Positions 29,532 to 40,623 of a stretch of 64,000 bases of DNA are shown here, piece by piece. The position numbers and the translations under genes were made by a program. Origin of the DNA: an uncultured Flavobacteriales bacterium (GTDB lineage: Bacteria; Bacteroidota; Bacteroidia; Flavobacteriales; UBA7430); NCBI GenBank assembly GCA_943789355.1, contig CALSTU010000004.1:585412-649411 (forward strand), given 5' to 3'. The stretch's first letter is position 1. Each line of letters starts with the position of its first letter. The notes beneath the pieces are model-generated. The model made no database searches, was not told the origin of the DNA, and saw nothing but the letters and a program-made list of their open reading frames with translations.

Positions 29532-30867
29532 GCTAGATGACATAAAGCATATTTACTTTCTCGGTATCGGAGGGATTGGAATGAGTGCTTTGGCTCGATA
29601 TTTTTTAGCCAAAAGCATAAAGGTGGCTGGTTACGATCGCAATGCTTCTGAGCTTTGCAACTCTTTAGCTCAAGCTTCTTGTTCCATAAGTTATGAAGAT
29701 GATTTGGGGAATCTTCCCGACGACTTTAATTTGGAATCAACCTTGGTGGTTTACACCCCAGCAATTCCAAAAGACAATCCGTTGTTTAACCATTTTCAGA
29801 AAGAAGGTTTCACCTTATGTAAGCGAGCTGAATTGTTAGGTGCGATTACAAAAAATATGCAGTGTTTGTCTGTGGCTGGAACTCATGGAAAGACAACCAT
29901 ATCAAGCTTAGTGACTTATATTTTGAGTGATAATGGTGTTGATTGTACCGCTTTTTTAGGTGGAATTTCAACCGATTTGGATTCGAATTTGAGGATAGGC
30001 TCAGAAAATATTGCGGTCGTTGAAGCCGATGAGTTTGATCGATCTTTCCTGAAGCTCAGACCCAATTGGGCCGTTGTAAGTTCTATGGATGCAGATCATT
30101 TGGATGTATACGGAACGTCTGAACATTTGGAGGAGTCGTTTCGAATGTTTTCAGACTTGATTCAAGGAGGGGAATTAATTGCTAAGGAAGGTTTAAAACT
30201 ACCATCGAAGTATACTTATGCGCTGAATTCGGATTCTGCAGATTTTTCTGCCTCACAGATTCATGTGAATGCTGGTAATTATTGTTTTGATCTTAGATAC
30301 CCTGGGGGTATTTGCAGCAAGGTCGTTACGGGTTTGCCGGGTATTCACAACGTAGAAAATGCAGTTGCCGCTTTTGCTCTAGCATATTTTCAAAAGGTAT
30401 CCGTTCAGGGTATTTTAAAGTCAATAAAGACTTTTTCTGGTGTTAAAAGACGTTTTGAATATCATGTAAACAGTGCACAACAGATTTATATTGATGATTA
30501 TGCACATCACCCCAAAGAAATTAAGGTTGCGATTCAATCCGTGAGAGATTTGTTTCCAGACAAAAAATTAACGGTCATATTTCAACCTCATTTGTTTAGT
30601 AGAACACGTGATTTTATGGATGATTTTGCCAAAGAATTGTCATGTGCCGACCGGGTGATGCTTTTGGATATTTATCCGGCTAGAGAACTTCCTATTTCAG
30701 GTGTAAACTCAGCGGTATTATTAGATAAACTTACATGCCCGGGGAAAGGTTTGTACTTGAAGTCAGATTTCCCAAATATTCTCACGGAAATTGAGGTCTT
30801 GATGACGCTTGGTGCTGGAGATATTGATGATTTAGTAGAACCCATTAAAGCCCATTTAGTCTCGTGA
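29524..30867 (+). CDS. murC: UDP-N-acetylmuramate--L-alanine ligase
   Basis: GIGGIGMSALA, AGTHGKTT and DDYAHHP motifs. Confidence 0.92.
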   Translation: MIKLDDIKHIYFLGIGGIGMSALARYFLAKSIKVAGYDRNASELCNSLAQASCSISYEDDLGNLPDDFNLESTLVVYTPAIPKDNPLFNHFQKEGFTLCKRAELLGAITKNMQCLSVAGTHGKTTISSLVTYILSDNGVDCTAFLGGISTDLDSNLRIGSENIAVVEADEFDRSFLKLRPNWAVVSSMDADHLDVYGTSEHLEESFRMFSDLIQGGELIAKEGLKLPSKYTYALNSDSADFSASQIHVNAGNYCFDLRYPGGICSKVVTGLPGIHNVENAVAAFALAYFQKVSVQGILKSIKTFSGVKRRFEYHVNSAQQIYIDDYAHHPKEIKVAIQSVRDLFPDKKLTVIFQPHLFSRTRDFMDDFAKELSCADRVMLLDIYPARELPISGVNSAVLLDKLTCPGKGLYLKSDFPNILTEIEVLMTLGAGDIDDLVEPIKAHLVS

Positions 30868-31592
30868 AGAAGTTTTTGCACATATGTTTGGTGTTGTTTT
30901 CGTTCACTGCTCTGTCTTTTTTGATTTGGATGAATCAAACGAGTTACCATAATATGGTATGCGAGGGGGTTGATGTTCAGGTGAGTACAGATGGAGATGT
31001 GTTTTTTTTAGATGCGGAAATGGTGGAGGCCATGATCGATGAAAACGTAGATTCTATCCTCGGCAAACGCTACCAAGATATAAACATTTACTTGTTAGAA
31101 GAATTCCTTGATGCTCATGTCAATGTTCAGAAAGCAGAACTATATTTAACTAATGAGGGGGAGTTGTGTGTGGAGGTGGAGCAACGGAAACCCTTGGCTC
31201 GAGTTTTTGAAGCAGAGAATTCTTATTATTTGGATGAAGCGTACGAGCCGTTTTCATTGTCAGAGGTCTACAGTGCAAGAGTTCTCCAGGTGTTTTGGTC
31301 AGAACCTACAGCCCTAAGAAAGGAATATCTTGCTCAACTTCTCAACCTGATTGAAGAAGATGCGTTTTTACAAGCACAGATTACGGGGATCGTGTTTGAT
31401 GAGGAAGACGAAATTATAGTATTACCTAGAGTGGGTAATCATGAAATCCTAATAGGGAAAGCTCAAGGTTTAGATAAGAAATTTGAGAATCTGAAAGTTT
31501 TTTACAAACACGGATTAGAAAAAGTTGGTTGGGACAGATACGCTCAGATAAATTTGAAATTTGAGAACCAAGTAGTCTGTACAAAAAGATAG
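30864..31592 (+). CDS. ftsQ: Cell division protein FtsQ
   Basis: Single N-terminal TM segment followed by a POTRA-like region. Located between murC and ftsA. GTG start. Confidence 0.7.
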   Translation: MKKFLHICLVLFSFTALSFLIWMNQTSYHNMVCEGVDVQVSTDGDVFFLDAEMVEAMIDENVDSILGKRYQDINIYLLEEFLDAHVNVQKAELYLTNEGELCVEVEQRKPLARVFEAENSYYLDEAYEPFSLSEVYSARVLQVFWSEPTALRKEYLAQLLNLIEEDAFLQAQITGIVFDEEDEIIVLPRVGNHEILIGKAQGLDKKFENLKVFYKHGLEKVGWDRYAQINLKFENQVVCTKR

Positions 31593-31596
31593 CGAA

Positions 31597-32958
31597 ATGG
31601 AACAAGGAGAAATTGCCATTGGATTAGACATTGGGACAACAAAAATTGTTGCCATAGTAGGTCGAAAGAATGAATATGGGAAAATTGAGGTCTTAGGTTT
31701 TGGTAAAGCCAAGTCTTTAGGTGTCCAACGTGGCGTTGTTTCAAACATTACCCAAACCATCGAGTCCATTCAGCATGCAGTTAAAGAAGCCGAAGCAGAT
31801 TCTAATTTGAGTTTAGAGCATTGTGTCGTAGGAATTGCAGGACAACATATACGATCCCTACAACACAGTGATTATATATTGCGCGAAGACGCTCAGGAGG
31901 TTATTACGCAGCAAGACATAGATAAGCTGATTGAAAATGTTCACAAATTGGTGATGCTTCCAGGAGAAGAGATTATTCATGTTTTGCCTCAGGAATACAA
32001 AATAGATGGGGAGCCCAATATTCACGAGCCCATAGGGATGCTTGGTCGACGTTTGGAAGCAAATCTCCACATTGTCGTTGGACAAAAAGCAGCCATTGGC
32101 AATATATTCTCATGCGTTAAGAAATCAAATTTAGAAGTTTCTGGAATTACACTCGAGCCTCTAGCTTCTGCAGAAGCAGTGTTAAGCGATGAGGAAAAAG
32201 AAGCGGGAGTATGTTTGGTCGATATTGGGGGAGGTACGACCGATGTAGCCATCTTTAAAGACGGTATCATACGTCATACATCTGTAATCCCTTTTGGAGG
32301 GAATGTTATCTCCGAAGATATTAAGGAAGGTTGTTCGATTATCGAAAAACAGTCGGAGCTTTTGAAAATGAAATTTGGTTCAGCCTGGCCGGGAGAAAAT
32401 AGTGAAAACGAGATCGTTTCAATACCGGGTTTAAGGGGAAGGGAGCCTAAAGAGATTTCATTAAAAATGCTTTCAAAAATTATTCATGCTCGCTTGGTGG
32501 AAATTATAGACCAGGTCTACGTTGAAATTAAGAATTATGGACATGAAGAAGGAAAGAAGAAGTTAATTGCAGGGATTGTTTTAACGGGAGGAGGTTCCCA
32601 GTTGAAACATATCAAGCAATTGTTTGAATATGAAACAGGAATGGATACGCGTGTAGGGTTTCCGAACGAGCACCTGGCAAAAGGGGCTCGTCCAGAATTA
32701 GAAAGTCCTATGTATGCTACAGCAATTGGCTTGGTGATGAAGGGTGTTGAACTTAACGATAAAAACCCACAAATATTACAGGACAGAAAAGTGGAAGAAG
32801 TATCAAGCCCAATCAATCAGACGATAGATCAAGTTGATGTGAAAGCCTCAACAAGCTCTGTGTCGACAGCTGTAGACGAATTGAACGATAACCCTAAAGA
32901 ATCCTTCTTTGATAAGTGGGTGAGAGGGTTTATGAATTTTTTAGCTAATGAAGATTAA
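31597..32958 (+). CDS. ftsA: Cell division protein FtsA
   Basis: Actin-fold motifs GLDIGTTKI, VDIGGGTTD and LTGGGSQL. Confidence 0.92.
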   Translation: MEQGEIAIGLDIGTTKIVAIVGRKNEYGKIEVLGFGKAKSLGVQRGVVSNITQTIESIQHAVKEAEADSNLSLEHCVVGIAGQHIRSLQHSDYILREDAQEVITQQDIDKLIENVHKLVMLPGEEIIHVLPQEYKIDGEPNIHEPIGMLGRRLEANLHIVVGQKAAIGNIFSCVKKSNLEVSGITLEPLASAEAVLSDEEKEAGVCLVDIGGGTTDVAIFKDGIIRHTSVIPFGGNVISEDIKEGCSIIEKQSELLKMKFGSAWPGENSENEIVSIPGLRGREPKEISLKMLSKIIHARLVEIIDQVYVEIKNYGHEEGKKKLIAGIVLTGGGSQLKHIKQLFEYETGMDTRVGFPNEHLAKGARPELESPMYATAIGLVMKGVELNDKNPQILQDRKVEEVSSPINQTIDQVDVKASTSSVSTAVDELNDNPKESFFDKWVRGFMNFLANED

Positions 32959-32974
32959 TGCAAACACCTAAGTT

Positions 32975-35062
32975 ATGGCGGATTTAGATTTTGACATGCC
33001 ACAAAACCAGTCTTCTTCGATCAAGGTTATCGGAGTTGGTGGAGGCGGTAGTAATGCTGTAAATTACATGTATCACAAGGGGATTAAAGGAGTTGATTTT
33101 GTTGTTTGCAACACGGATCAACAGGCTCTTGATGACAGCCCTGTGCCTACCAAAATACAGTTGGGAGTTTCTGTTACCGAGGGCTTGGGTGCAGGTGCTT
33201 GGCCTTTGAAAGGACGAATGGCTGCAGAAGAAAATATTAAAGATGTTGTAGATGTTTTGGAGTGCAACACCAAAATGGTGTTTATCAATGCTGGAATGGG
33301 TGGTGGAACGGGTACCGGCGCAGCTCCCGTTATAGCTAAAGCAGCCAAAGATTTAGATATTCTAACCGTTGCTATTGTAACCATACCCTTTGTTTTTGAG
33401 GGAGAGCTCAGAATGAGTCAGGCCAAGGAGGGGATTGAGGAGTTGAAAGAGCATGTTGATTCTTTGATCGTCATCAACAACAACAAATTAAGAGAGATAT
33501 ACGGTAATCTAGGATTTAAGTCAGGTTTTGCAAAAGCCGATGAAATATTAGCCACTGCCTCCAGAGGAATTGCTGAGGTCATTACCCAAAAAGGGCATTT
33601 GAACATCGATTTAAATGATGCGAAAACAGTGCTGTCTAATAGTGGAACAGCCATTATGGGCTCTGGAACAGCTTCCGGTGACGGTCGAGCTATCAAGGCC
33701 GTTAAGGGTGCTATCGAATCTCCGTTGTTGGATAACAGTCACATTCGTGGGGCTAAGAAAGTTTTGTTGTTGATTGTTTCGGGAGCGGAAGAGGTTACTT
33801 TTGAAGAGATGGGAGAGATTTCAGATTTCATCCAAGATCAAGTGATGATAGAGGGAGGGTCTCCTGCCGATATTATAATGGGAGTTGCTGAAGATGAACA
33901 ACTAGAGTCTGCAGTTAATGTTACGGTTGTAGCTACTGGATTCCACGAAGGGAAAGCTGTCAATCCATTGACTGGAGCTCCCGAAAAAGTTGTTCATGAT
34001 TTAGAGGAGAAAATTCGTCCTGCAAAAGTTGTTGAGCAACCCATACTTGTAGCTGATCCAGTAGCGAATCTAAATAAAGCGCCTGAGGCAAAAGTGAAAC
34101 ACGTTTTAACTTCAGATGTAGAAGTTGAGACGCCGGCAAATGAATTTCCTTCGGTTTCTGATTTAAGGGAAGAGGTTGTGGAAAGCGCTTCAGAGTCTTC
34201 GATTTCTGAAGATGAGCCTCAGAAGCAAGTAAGCATGACCTTTGAATTTGATTTAGAGGAACAACCCGTTGTTTCGGAGACAAACTCTGAGGAGCCTGAA
34301 ATTCGCTTTAATTTAATTGATGAAACTGAAGAAGAGTCTGTTGAGAATGAGGAAAGAGAAGAATTCGTAGGTACCGATGATGTTGAGGTTTTTGACGACA
34401 TGACTCTCGAGGAAACTTCCGAAGAACTTTTGGTTCAGGATGACTTATCTTTTCAGATAAATACGGAATCCATGGATGAAAAACCTTCGATCCATTTTAG
34501 CTTGGATGAATCCGATGATGCGATCGATGACGAACAGAAAATAGTGCATACACTTTGTATGGATGACGATGATGATGACGCTTTTTCATTTGAACCTACG
34601 CAACAAGATGTTCAGGATGAGGTCGTATCCATACCTGTTAAGGACCACAGTCAGCAAGTAGATGATCAATCTCCAGCGTTGAGTACATCGACAGATCAAG
34701 CTTTTGAAGATCAAAATGTGGCTGTTACTGAACAGCATGTTCCTGAGAAAGAGGAGCCTAAGGCCAGTATTGAGCCAACAGTAGAAAGAGCATCTTCTAC
34801 GCACAGTAAGGCTGTTCAAGAGCAGATAGAACGAGCTCAAAAACGAAAAGAGCGCTTGCAAAAGTTTAATTATCGTTTTCGAAATAATTCGGTAATCGAT
34901 AAGGCCGAAAGTGAGCCAGCTTATAAGAGGCAGGGTGTCGAGTTAAACCAAATGAATCACTCCTCCGATGAAACATTGTCGAGGTTAAGTTTGAGTACAA
35001 AAGAAGATGGTGAGCTTGAATTAAAAAGCAAGAACTCGTTTTTACATGATAACGTTGATTAA
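32975..35062 (+). CDS. ftsZ: Cell division protein FtsZ with a very long acidic linker
   Basis: GVGGGGSNAVN and GGGTGTGAAP tubulin signature. The core spans roughly aa 1-325, followed by a ~300-aa D/E-rich linker and the Bacteroidetes-type C-terminal peptide NSFLHDNVD. Confidence 0.93.
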   Translation: MADLDFDMPQNQSSSIKVIGVGGGGSNAVNYMYHKGIKGVDFVVCNTDQQALDDSPVPTKIQLGVSVTEGLGAGAWPLKGRMAAEENIKDVVDVLECNTKMVFINAGMGGGTGTGAAPVIAKAAKDLDILTVAIVTIPFVFEGELRMSQAKEGIEELKEHVDSLIVINNNKLREIYGNLGFKSGFAKADEILATASRGIAEVITQKGHLNIDLNDAKTVLSNSGTAIMGSGTASGDGRAIKAVKGAIESPLLDNSHIRGAKKVLLLIVSGAEEVTFEEMGEISDFIQDQVMIEGGSPADIIMGVAEDEQLESAVNVTVVATGFHEGKAVNPLTGAPEKVVHDLEEKIRPAKVVEQPILVADPVANLNKAPEAKVKHVLTSDVEVETPANEFPSVSDLREEVVESASESSISEDEPQKQVSMTFEFDLEEQPVVSETNSEEPEIRFNLIDETEEESVENEEREEFVGTDDVEVFDDMTLEETSEELLVQDDLSFQINTESMDEKPSIHFSLDESDDAIDDEQKIVHTLCMDDDDDDAFSFEPTQQDVQDEVVSIPVKDHSQQVDDQSPALSTSTDQAFEDQNVAVTEQHVPEKEEPKASIEPTVERASSTHSKAVQEQIERAQKRKERLQKFNYRFRNNSVIDKAESEPAYKRQGVELNQMNHSSDETLSRLSLSTKEDGELELKSKNSFLHDNVD

Positions 35063-35071
35063 TACAAAGTA

Positions 35072-35527
35072 ATGAGTTTAAAAGCACAGATCATGCCCGC
35101 TATGAAAGAGGCTATGAAAGCAAAAGATAAAGTGACTCTTGAAACACTGAGGGCGATTAAAGCTGAATTGTTAAAGGTTGATACAGCTTCTGGATCTTCA
35201 GGAGAAATGAGTGAAGCTGAGGAAATCAAATTGCTTCAGAAGATGCAAAAGCAACGCAAAGACGCTGCAACAATTTATATAGAGCAAGGTCGTAAAGATT
35301 TAGCTGAAGATGAGCTTGCTCAGACCGAGGTGCTTGCAAAATTTCTTCCCCAGCAAATGACTGAAGTAGAGTTGAAGAGTGCTGTGGCTTTAATACTTGA
35401 AAGAGTAGGAGCTACTGAGCCTTCCGATATGGGTAAGGCTATGGGTATGGCTTCAAAAGAGCTTGCAGGTAAAGCTGAAGGACGGGCTATAGCGGATGCG
35501 GTTAAAGCGCTTTTAAATCCGTCATAA
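35072..35527 (+). CDS. yqeY: GatB/YqeY domain-containing protein
   Basis: About 150 aa, with the family-typical sequences TLRAIKAELLK and MGKAMGMASKELAGKAEGRAI. Confidence 0.85.
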   Translation: MSLKAQIMPAMKEAMKAKDKVTLETLRAIKAELLKVDTASGSSGEMSEAEEIKLLQKMQKQRKDAATIYIEQGRKDLAEDELAQTEVLAKFLPQQMTEVELKSAVALILERVGATEPSDMGKAMGMASKELAGKAEGRAIADAVKALLNPS

Positions 35528-35668
35528 CAATTAATGTTTTTGAGTTTTCAACTCCTGTTAAGTGTTTTCACCTACACAATGAGTAATTACACCTATTGAC
35601 TCGTAGCCTATATGAGGCTTACATTTGTCTCATATAATAGTTTTAGTTAATAGTAATATTTTTGGTAA

Positions 35669-35702
35669 AGAGTCCTCACTTTTAGTGGGGACTCTTTTTT
35701 TA
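35669..35702 (+). terminator. Rho-independent terminator, 140 nt downstream of the yqeY stop
   Basis: 11-bp stem AGAGTCCTCAC/GTGGGGACTCT (one G-U pair) followed by T7-8. Confidence 0.8.
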
Positions 35703-35736
35703 ATACACATCAAGTGATTCCGTTATTTGTATCCAT

Positions 35737-35770
35737 AAAAAAAGCCCTGTTTTTGTACAAAAACAGGGCT
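35737..35770 (-). terminator. Rho-independent terminator of groESL
   Basis: Perfect 12-bp stem AGCCCTGTTTTT/AAAAACAGGGCT with loop GTAC. The A-run at 35737-35743 gives a U-tract on the minus strand. Confidence 0.85.
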
Positions 35771-35790
35771 TTAGTTTGTTTGGAAATCTC

Positions 35791-37718
<1,928 letters not shown>

Positions 37719-37821
37719 GTTACGTCAAATTAAAAAGTTTATATATAATTTATTTACAAAAGCAAATACTCAGAAATTGTGCCACTTCTATTTTTCTGTC
37801 AATTTGTCCTAAAAGTAGGGT

Positions 37822-37856
37822 AAAAAAAAATGCCAAACGGGTCAGCTTGGCATTTA
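37822..37856 (-). terminator. Rho-independent terminator after secG
   Basis: On the minus strand, stem TGCCAA.../...TTGGCA (37831-37853) is followed by T9 (complement of A9 at 37822-37830). Confidence 0.75.
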
Positions 37857-37873
37857 GATGTTTTGTGTTATGA

Positions 37874-38188
37874 TTACTCTGTTACTTCAGGAGATTCCGT
37901 GGGAACGAAGTCTTCTGCGCTATCTTCTACTTGCTCAATAATATTCGATTGGCTTTCAATATCAGACCGGTCAATGGCAAAGTTAGAGACAAGTGTCAAA
38001 GCAACTAAGGCTAATGCAAGTATCCAGGTACTGTGTTCTAGAAAATCAGAGGTTTTTTTGACACCCATGAACTGGTTCCCTTCTCCAAATGTGGATGAAA
38101 GCCCACCACCTTTTGGGTTTTGAACCAAAATTACTAGTAGCAACAATGCGCAAGTGATGAGTATTAATATAGAAAACAATCCGTACAT
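37874..38188 (-). CDS. secG: Preprotein translocase subunit SecG
   Basis: Two TM helices and the NPKGGGLSSTFG motif. Confidence 0.85.
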   Translation of the reverse strand: MYGLFSILILITCALLLLVILVQNPKGGGLSSTFGEGNQFMGVKKTSDFLEHSTWILALALVALTLVSNFAIDRSDIESQSNIIEQVEDSAEDFVPTESPEVTE

Positions 38189-38190
38189 AT

Positions 38191-38874
38191 CTATGAGTTT
38201 ATTTGTTTAATGGCTTTAATTTGGTTTGCAAATAAACCACTTTTTTGTGGATATTTCAAACTTAAAATTTCGTAGGCTGTAATGGCCTTATCCAAGTGTC
38301 CTTGTTCGAGGTAAACTTTCGCCAAAGTTTCTGTCATTAGGCTGTTGTTTTCTGTTAAACTTTCTTTGGCTACTTGGTTTGGAGAGAAAAATTCTTTTTT
38401 TGGACGTTCTTTCTTTTTTGACTCCTGGATGAATTCAACAATTTTATTTGTTTTCTCTATCGGTTTGAGGACGCCCTTTTTCTCCGGTTTAAAACTTCTA
38501 TCGATGGGTTCAAATCGGGTGATTTTCAGCCATTCGTTGAAGGAGTGCTTCTCCTCTTTATTAAATTCTAGGGGTTTGCCAATTTCCAGTTTCACTTCTG
38601 CTTCTTCGGGTGTCAAGCCTTCTTCTTTTTGACGTTGAAATGATTTTTGAGAAATGTACTCAAAGAGCATGGATCTATTTCCTGAAGTGGCAGCTGTCAT
38701 CTTCAGTTCCGAGTTGTATGCATCACTATCAGCGTCTTTTAATGCTTTGAGGCGCAGTTTGTGGATTGAAGCGCAATAGGGGTATTTTGTGCAGAGTTCA
38801 TTCAAGCTCGAAAGATCTGCTTTTTTAATGCTTTCGGGTTTCCTAATGAGTTCTATGAATTGTGTGCTTAACAT
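38191..38874 (-). CDS. Hypothetical protein with C-terminal TPR-like motif
   Basis: LAKVYLEQGHLDKAITAYEILSLKYPQ is TPR-like. No signal peptide. The gene sits between lptE and secG. Confidence 0.55.
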   Translation of the reverse strand: MLSTQFIELIRKPESIKKADLSSLNELCTKYPYCASIHKLRLKALKDADSDAYNSELKMTAATSGNRSMLFEYISQKSFQRQKEEGLTPEEAEVKLEIGKPLEFNKEEKHSFNEWLKITRFEPIDRSFKPEKKGVLKPIEKTNKIVEFIQESKKKERPKKEFFSPNQVAKESLTENNSLMTETLAKVYLEQGHLDKAITAYEILSLKYPQKSGLFANQIKAIKQINS

Positions 38875-38875
38875 A

Positions 38876-39373
38876 CTACCAATTTACAACGGCTTTATTA
38901 AATAAATCTTCAATTAGTTCTGTAATTACTTCATCGAGCAAACGTTCTTCAATTTGTGAGAGGGTGATGTTACTGTCAAAGTCAGCATAGCGGTTGAAGC
39001 TTTGTTCGTAGGATTTATCCGTCTCAATCTTGTTGACGAAACGAATGAAAATAGTAACGTTCAGTCTGTTTTGATTTGCCTGATCTGCAGAGCTGATGCT
39101 GATGGGATTTATTTGATAATCGCTAATGTATCCTTCAAATTGCAGATCTCCATCAGTCCGTACCAAGTTTAAATCGGTTTGCTGAATCACGAAATCTTGA
39201 AGATCATCTGTGAATTTCTGACTTAAGATAGGCTGAACTAGTGTGGCTTGGTTTTGAAAATAAGCCACAGAAACCGTACGTGCATCCGGATGGATGTCTG
39301 CGCCTGTAAAGGTATAAACCCCACAGCTGTAGAAGGTGGCTACGCATGCAATTAGAAGCTTAATTTTCGTCAT
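38876..39373 (-). CDS. lptE: LptE-family lipoprotein
   Basis: Lipobox LLIACVATFYSC at the ATG 39373 start (the ORF-track extension to 39469 overlaps the upstream gene). LptE-like body (YFQNQATLVQP...NRLNVTIFIRF). Confidence 0.6.
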   Translation of the reverse strand: MTKIKLLIACVATFYSCGVYTFTGADIHPDARTVSVAYFQNQATLVQPILSQKFTDDLQDFVIQQTDLNLVRTDGDLQFEGYISDYQINPISISSADQANQNRLNVTIFIRFVNKIETDKSYEQSFNRYADFDSNITLSQIEERLLDEVITELIEDLFNKAVVNW

Positions 39374-39374
39374 T

Positions 39375-40601
39375 TTACAAATTATATTGTTTAATTTTCC
39401 GATAAAGGGTACGCTCAGAGATGCCGAGTTCTGCTGCCGCTCCTTTTCTTTTACCTCGATGCTTTTCAAGAGCGTTTTTTATCATTTCAATTTCTTTATC
39501 TTGAAGTGAAAGTGATTCCTGAGGTTTTATTTCCTGTGCCACAATAGTTCTTGCCTCAGTTGAAGCGTCTGTGGAGGTAGGGAGTAAGATGGTTTGGCTA
39601 TGGTTTAATTCATCATATTCCGAATAAATTTCGTTGACTAACTTCTCGTTGTCTTTTTCAAACTCAACTTCACCCTTTGTTAGTTTATGCGTTAACTTTT
39701 TGAGGTCGCTGATGTCTTTTTTCATATCAAAGAGTACCTTATACAGGATTTCTCTTTCGGTGTAATCGTTTGATGCAGTCTTACCATCATCGTACAATAC
39801 AGGTAAAGTCTTTTCAGCGTTGTTGGGCAGATAGTTTTTTAGGGTTAGGGCGTTAATCATACGACTTTCTTCGACTACGGAAACTTGTTCTGTAACATTT
39901 CTCAGTTGTCTGATATTCCCTGGCCATGGGTATACCGATATGAGTTTGACCGCTTCTTCATCAAGGCGAACCGATGGCATGTGGTATTTTTCAGCAAAAT
40001 CCATGGCAAACTTTCGAAAGATCAAATGAATGTCATCTTTTCGATCGCGAAGCGGGGGAAGATTTACTTGAACGGTATTCAGTCTGTAGAATAAATCTTC
40101 TCTAAATTTATTTTTTTGGATTGCCAGTTGCATGTTTACATTGGTTGCAGCCACGATACGGACATCTGTTTTTTGAGCTTTAGAAGATCCCACTTTAATA
40201 AATTCTCCGGTCTCTAAAACACGCAATAAACGTACTTGGGTTGCCAGTGGCAATTCACCAACTTCATCCAAGAAGATGGTTCCTCCATCTGCCACTTCAA
40301 AGTATCCTTTTCGGCTGGCTGTTGCTCCTGTAAAAGAACCTTTTTCATGACCAAAAAGCTCACTATCAATAGTCCCCTCCGGAATGGCTCCGCAGTTTAC
40401 GGCGATATATGGGCCGTGCTTTCGGGCAGATACTTGATGGATGATTTTTGGAATGACTTCCTTACCCGTACCACTTTCTCCGGAAACCATGACAGAAATA
40501 TCTGTAGGAGCTACCCGGATGGCTTTAGATATACCACGGTCTAGTTCAGGTGAAGAACCTATAATTCCAAATCGCTGTTTAATATCTTGTACGGACGTCA
40601 T
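39375..40601 (-). CDS. Sigma-54-dependent transcriptional activator (AAA+ plus Fis-type HTH) with no N-terminal sensor or receiver domain
   Basis: Walker A GESGTGKE, sigma-54 contact loop GSFTGA, Walker B FLDEV, and C-terminal [21 protein letters not shown]. Confidence 0.85.
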   Translation of the reverse strand: MTSVQDIKQRFGIIGSSPELDRGISKAIRVAPTDISVMVSGESGTGKEVIPKIIHQVSARKHGPYIAVNCGAIPEGTIDSELFGHEKGSFTGATASRKGYFEVADGGTIFLDEVGELPLATQVRLLRVLETGEFIKVGSSKAQKTDVRIVAATNVNMQLAIQKNKFREDLFYRLNTVQVNLPPLRDRKDDIHLIFRKFAMDFAEKYHMPSVRLDEEAVKLISVYPWPGNIRQLRNVTEQVSVVEESRMINALTLKNYLPNNAEKTLPVLYDDGKTASNDYTEREILYKVLFDMKKDISDLKKLTHKLTKGEVEFEKDNEKLVNEIYSEYDELNHSQTILLPTSTDASTEARTIVAQEIKPQESLSLQDKEIEMIKNALEKHRGKRKGAAAELGISERTLYRKIKQYNL

Positions 40602-40623
40602 TTTATAGAATTACGTATTTAAA

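Noticed and set aside
37762-37784. A TGGCAC (minus strand) upstream of groES, considered as a sigma-54 -24 element because a sigma-54 activator is encoded nearby.
   Set aside because: The nearest TTGC lies 13 nt after TGGCAC instead of about 5 nt. The bases in the proper -12 position read CTGA. The spacing and -12 element do not fit TGGCAC-N5-TTGC.
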